Positions 61,627-64,000 of a stretch of 64,000 nucleotides of DNA are shown in pieces; the first letter of the stretch is position 1, and every line of letters starts with the position of its first letter. The DNA is from an uncultured Pelagibacteraceae bacterium. Its GTDB lineage: Bacteria; Pseudomonadota; Alphaproteobacteria; Pelagibacterales; Pelagibacteraceae. Position numbers and translations under genes: made by a program. The notes below the pieces were generated by a model. It saw nothing but the letters and a program-made list of their open reading frames with translations, was not told where the DNA came from and did no database searches. The stretch lies in assembly GCA_902570525.1 (NCBI GenBank), contig CACFYN010000004.1, positions 2,664 to 66,663 on the forward strand. Reading direction: 5' to 3'.

Positions 61627-64000
61627 ATGAGTAAAATTTTTAAACTTTTGTTTGTAATTTTAGTATTTTTTAATTTGCAAACAAGTTCAAATTCAAAACC
61701 AGTTCCACCAGGAGCAGGAGAAGGAGATGTAGCTGCTAATATTTTATTTTTGGTCGACAGTTCAGCAAGTATGTCTGCGTGGATTGGTAATGATGGATTA
61801 GATAGCGTACCAAACGCTGTATACGACTCTGCTGGAAGAATTATTGTTACTCAGTCAAGAGGTCAAGGAGTAGTTAGATATACATACAATAATGATGCTG
61901 ATGTTCTAGCTTATGAAAGAGATAGAAGTTTTGGAAGAAATGGAGCAATTAGATTTGCAGGTACTTGTAGACAAGTTTTATTTAATAACGGCCGAACAGG
62001 TACCAATCAAAGAATGAATACGAACGTCTCTAGAAATAGAAATGCTAAATCTGTTAGAGGGCTTACCACAAATGTTTTAAATAATGAAAATCTAATTTTT
62101 TTTAATTCAACAGTTAGAAGAACATTCCATTTAATATTCGCATTTGATGAAACTGGTAGAAATTGCAGAATGGTATTGGATCTTCCAGAAATTGGAACTG
62201 TAAGAGGTTTTGACGTCAAAACTATAAATAATGTGCCTTATATATTTGCTTTAGGTACTAGTATTGCTGGTAGGAGAAACGGATCTTTCGCGTCTTGTAA
62301 TTTAGAGACACTTATGTGCGAAACACAAAGATTTGGCAGAGGAGGATGGAGTAACACAATAAATAGTTTTTCTCGAATGTCTGTAAATAATGAAGGTACC
62401 ATGCTGTACTTAGGAAATGGTAATCTAAATGGTTATTCACTTACAAGAACTGGAAACGCATTCACGATAAACGAGAACAGAGTAAGATTTTGTGCGCGAA
62501 CTAACCAACCAACCTTAGATAGTCAATTAATAAATGTAACTTCATTAGCTGTTTCACCAGATGATAGTAATATTATCTATGTGGGCTCAGGTATCAATTT
62601 TGCAATTCAAAAGGTACAAGTTTCAGATACAGGGTGTACAGTACTATCAAGTATTGGAAAAGGTATAAGAAGTTTTAATAAAAATGAACCAGCAACAGGA
62701 TCGACTACTATAGCTGCAGGCGATGTTAATTTTTCACAGGTTTGGGGACTAGAGGTTGATGCTGCAAATAGCAGAATACTTACATCAACATCTAGTGGAT
62801 TTATTGACGAATTTAACGAGGACCTTTTTACTAATACTAATAGAGACACGGCCTGGTTAGAAAATATGGGTGGTCCAAGAATTAATAGATGGACCGGAGT
62901 AAAACAAGCAATTGATGCAATCGTTAATGACACAACTTTAACAACTGGAGCTCATTTTGGATTTGGACACTGGAACGCAGGTGAAAGTGGTCGAGGAAAA
63001 AATAGCAGAAGAGGAGGTAGACATTGTCATAGAAATGATGGCTGTATGTACTATCGTGGCTGGGTTGGCAGTCACCCAGAGGGCACAAGCCGATTATGCA
63101 ACACTGATTCATGTATTAATGTTGGAATAAGTTCACAAGGAGCGGGAAGAATAATGAGTGTTCTTCGCCCATTAGGACTTGCATGGGGTACAGACGCTAA
63201 TGCCTTCTCACAAATGGCTCAAAATTATTTTAATGACGGTAGCGGAGGTGGATTAGTTTTTGATCCGACATCTGAATGTCAGTTAAATTATGTGATTGTT
63301 ATTGGTGACGGAGCAATGAGAAATACTGGTCCAGCACGAGCTCGAATAGCAGCATTGAGACAACAGGGCATTAAGACATTATTTGTAGCATATGGCGGAG
63401 GTATAAGAGGATCCTCTATGAGAGCTTTTGAAAGATTGGCTACGGCTGGTTCATGTGGCGCCGAAGGGTCAGATGAATGTGAAGATGTCATTGTAGCAAA
63501 CACACCAGAAGATCTTAAAAGTGAGCTTACTAGTAAAATTAGGCAAATCATTGCGGATAAGTTAGCTTTTACAGCTCCATCAATTACCGCGACTATTCAA
63601 GAAGGTGGATCATTGTACCAAGCACAGTTTGGTTATGAGCAATTTAAGGAATGGAGAGGAAAAATATTAAGAAAAAAATTACAAGCGAATGGTGATGTTA
63701 TTCATGAAATGGGTCTTTCTGGTAACTGGAATGCTGCAGTTGAAATGAGAGCCCAAAGTAGGGATGCAGGAGTGCCAGATGCTAGAAATCTTTGGACAGC
63801 AATGCCAACTGTTCCATACATAGGAAATTGGGATAACTTCACTACAGAAAACTCAGATGCTATAGGAAGTTTATTTGAGAGTTTAAACTATACGGTTAAA
63901 GATTATCATGATGGTGCTACGGGCTGTAATTTAGGCAGTAATGGAAATGCAGATGACATTGTTGGACTAATAAACTTTATGAGTGGTGTAGATTATTTTG
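61627..64000 (+). CDS. PilY1/PilC-like tip adhesin with vWA domain, 3'-partial
   Basis: Hand-translated, open to the window end and absent from the ORF track: signal peptide, 'NILFLVDSSASM' MIDAS, 'WGTDA', 'VIVIGDG', 'LAFTAPSITA...LYQAQF...WRGKI'. Confidence 0.85.
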   Translation, partial: MSKIFKLLFVILVFFNLQTSSNSKPVPPGAGEGDVAANILFLVDSSASMSAWIGNDGLDSVPNAVYDSAGRIIVTQSRGQGVVRYTYNNDADVLAYERDRSFGRNGAIRFAGTCRQVLFNNGRTGTNQRMNTNVSRNRNAKSVRGLTTNVLNNENLIFFNSTVRRTFHLIFAFDETGRNCRMVLDLPEIGTVRGFDVKTINNVPYIFALGTSIAGRRNGSFASCNLETLMCETQRFGRGGWSNTINSFSRMSVNNEGTMLYLGNGNLNGYSLTRTGNAFTINENRVRFCARTNQPTLDSQLINVTSLAVSPDDSNIIYVGSGINFAIQKVQVSDTGCTVLSSIGKGIRSFNKNEPATGSTTIAAGDVNFSQVWGLEVDAANSRILTSTSSGFIDEFNEDLFTNTNRDTAWLENMGGPRINRWTGVKQAIDAIVNDTTLTTGAHFGFGHWNAGESGRGKNSRRGGRHCHRNDGCMYYRGWVGSHPEGTSRLCNTDSCINVGISSQGAGRIMSVLRPLGLAWGTDANAFSQMAQNYFNDGSGGGLVFDPTSECQLNYVIVIGDGAMRNTGPARARIAALRQQGIKTLFVAYGGGIRGSSMRAFERLATAGSCGAEGSDECEDVIVANTPEDLKSELTSKIRQIIADKLAFTAPSITATIQEGGSLYQAQFGYEQFKEWRGKILRKKLQANGDVIHEMGLSGNWNAAVEMRAQSRDAGVPDARNLWTAMPTVPYIGNWDNFTTENSDAIGSLFESLNYTVKDYHDGATGCNLGSNGNADDIVGLINFMSGVDYF

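Noticed and set aside
62007-63551. Four short minus-strand ORFs near the window end
   Set aside because: Shadows of the long plus-strand PilY1-like ORF, which the track missed because it has no stop in the window.

Overview
Very AT-rich, tightly packed alphaproteobacterial chromosome segment. Gene content and order, a stand-alone 5S rRNA gene and a permuted two-piece tmRNA gene point to Pelagibacterales (SAR11); this assignment is an inference. Layout: (1) 1-8.3 kb, the end of a surface-glycan island (FkbM, RmlD-like, DegT, RmlC, WecA-like, GT2s, gmd, fcl, SDR) ending at a lone 5S rRNA gene. (2) 8.4-25.5 kb, core genes: rpmJ, split pntAB, murB-ddl-ftsQ-truncated ftsA-like-lpxC-bamD-ligA, aminopeptidase P, uvrD, AsmA-like, fumC, MazG-like NTP pyrophosphohydrolase. 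(3) 25.5-37 kb, an accessory hotspot around ssrA with glycan methyltransferases, a mini-island, a ColD-like sugar cassette, thyX and an SxtJ/SxtK/carbamoyltransferase module. (4) 37-57 kb, mrp, hflKC, degP, miaA, ilvIHC, leuA, mreBCD-mrdA-rodA, a D-amino-acid dehydrogenase, msrB and others. (5) 57-64 kb, a type IV pilus locus (pilT, four minor pilins, PilY1-like adhesin running off the window). The best lead is a 2.9-kb integrase-less mini-island at the 3' end of the tmRNA coding piece. It is bounded by an exact 26-bp direct repeat. Each end carries a tandem pair of AGTGCG(G/C) boxes exactly 58 bp inside the repeat, so excision would rebuild a symmetric lambda-like attP. Its cargo is a NERD nuclease-SF1 helicase and two membrane proteins. 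A further degenerate ssrA-end relic suggests repeated cassette traffic at this site.
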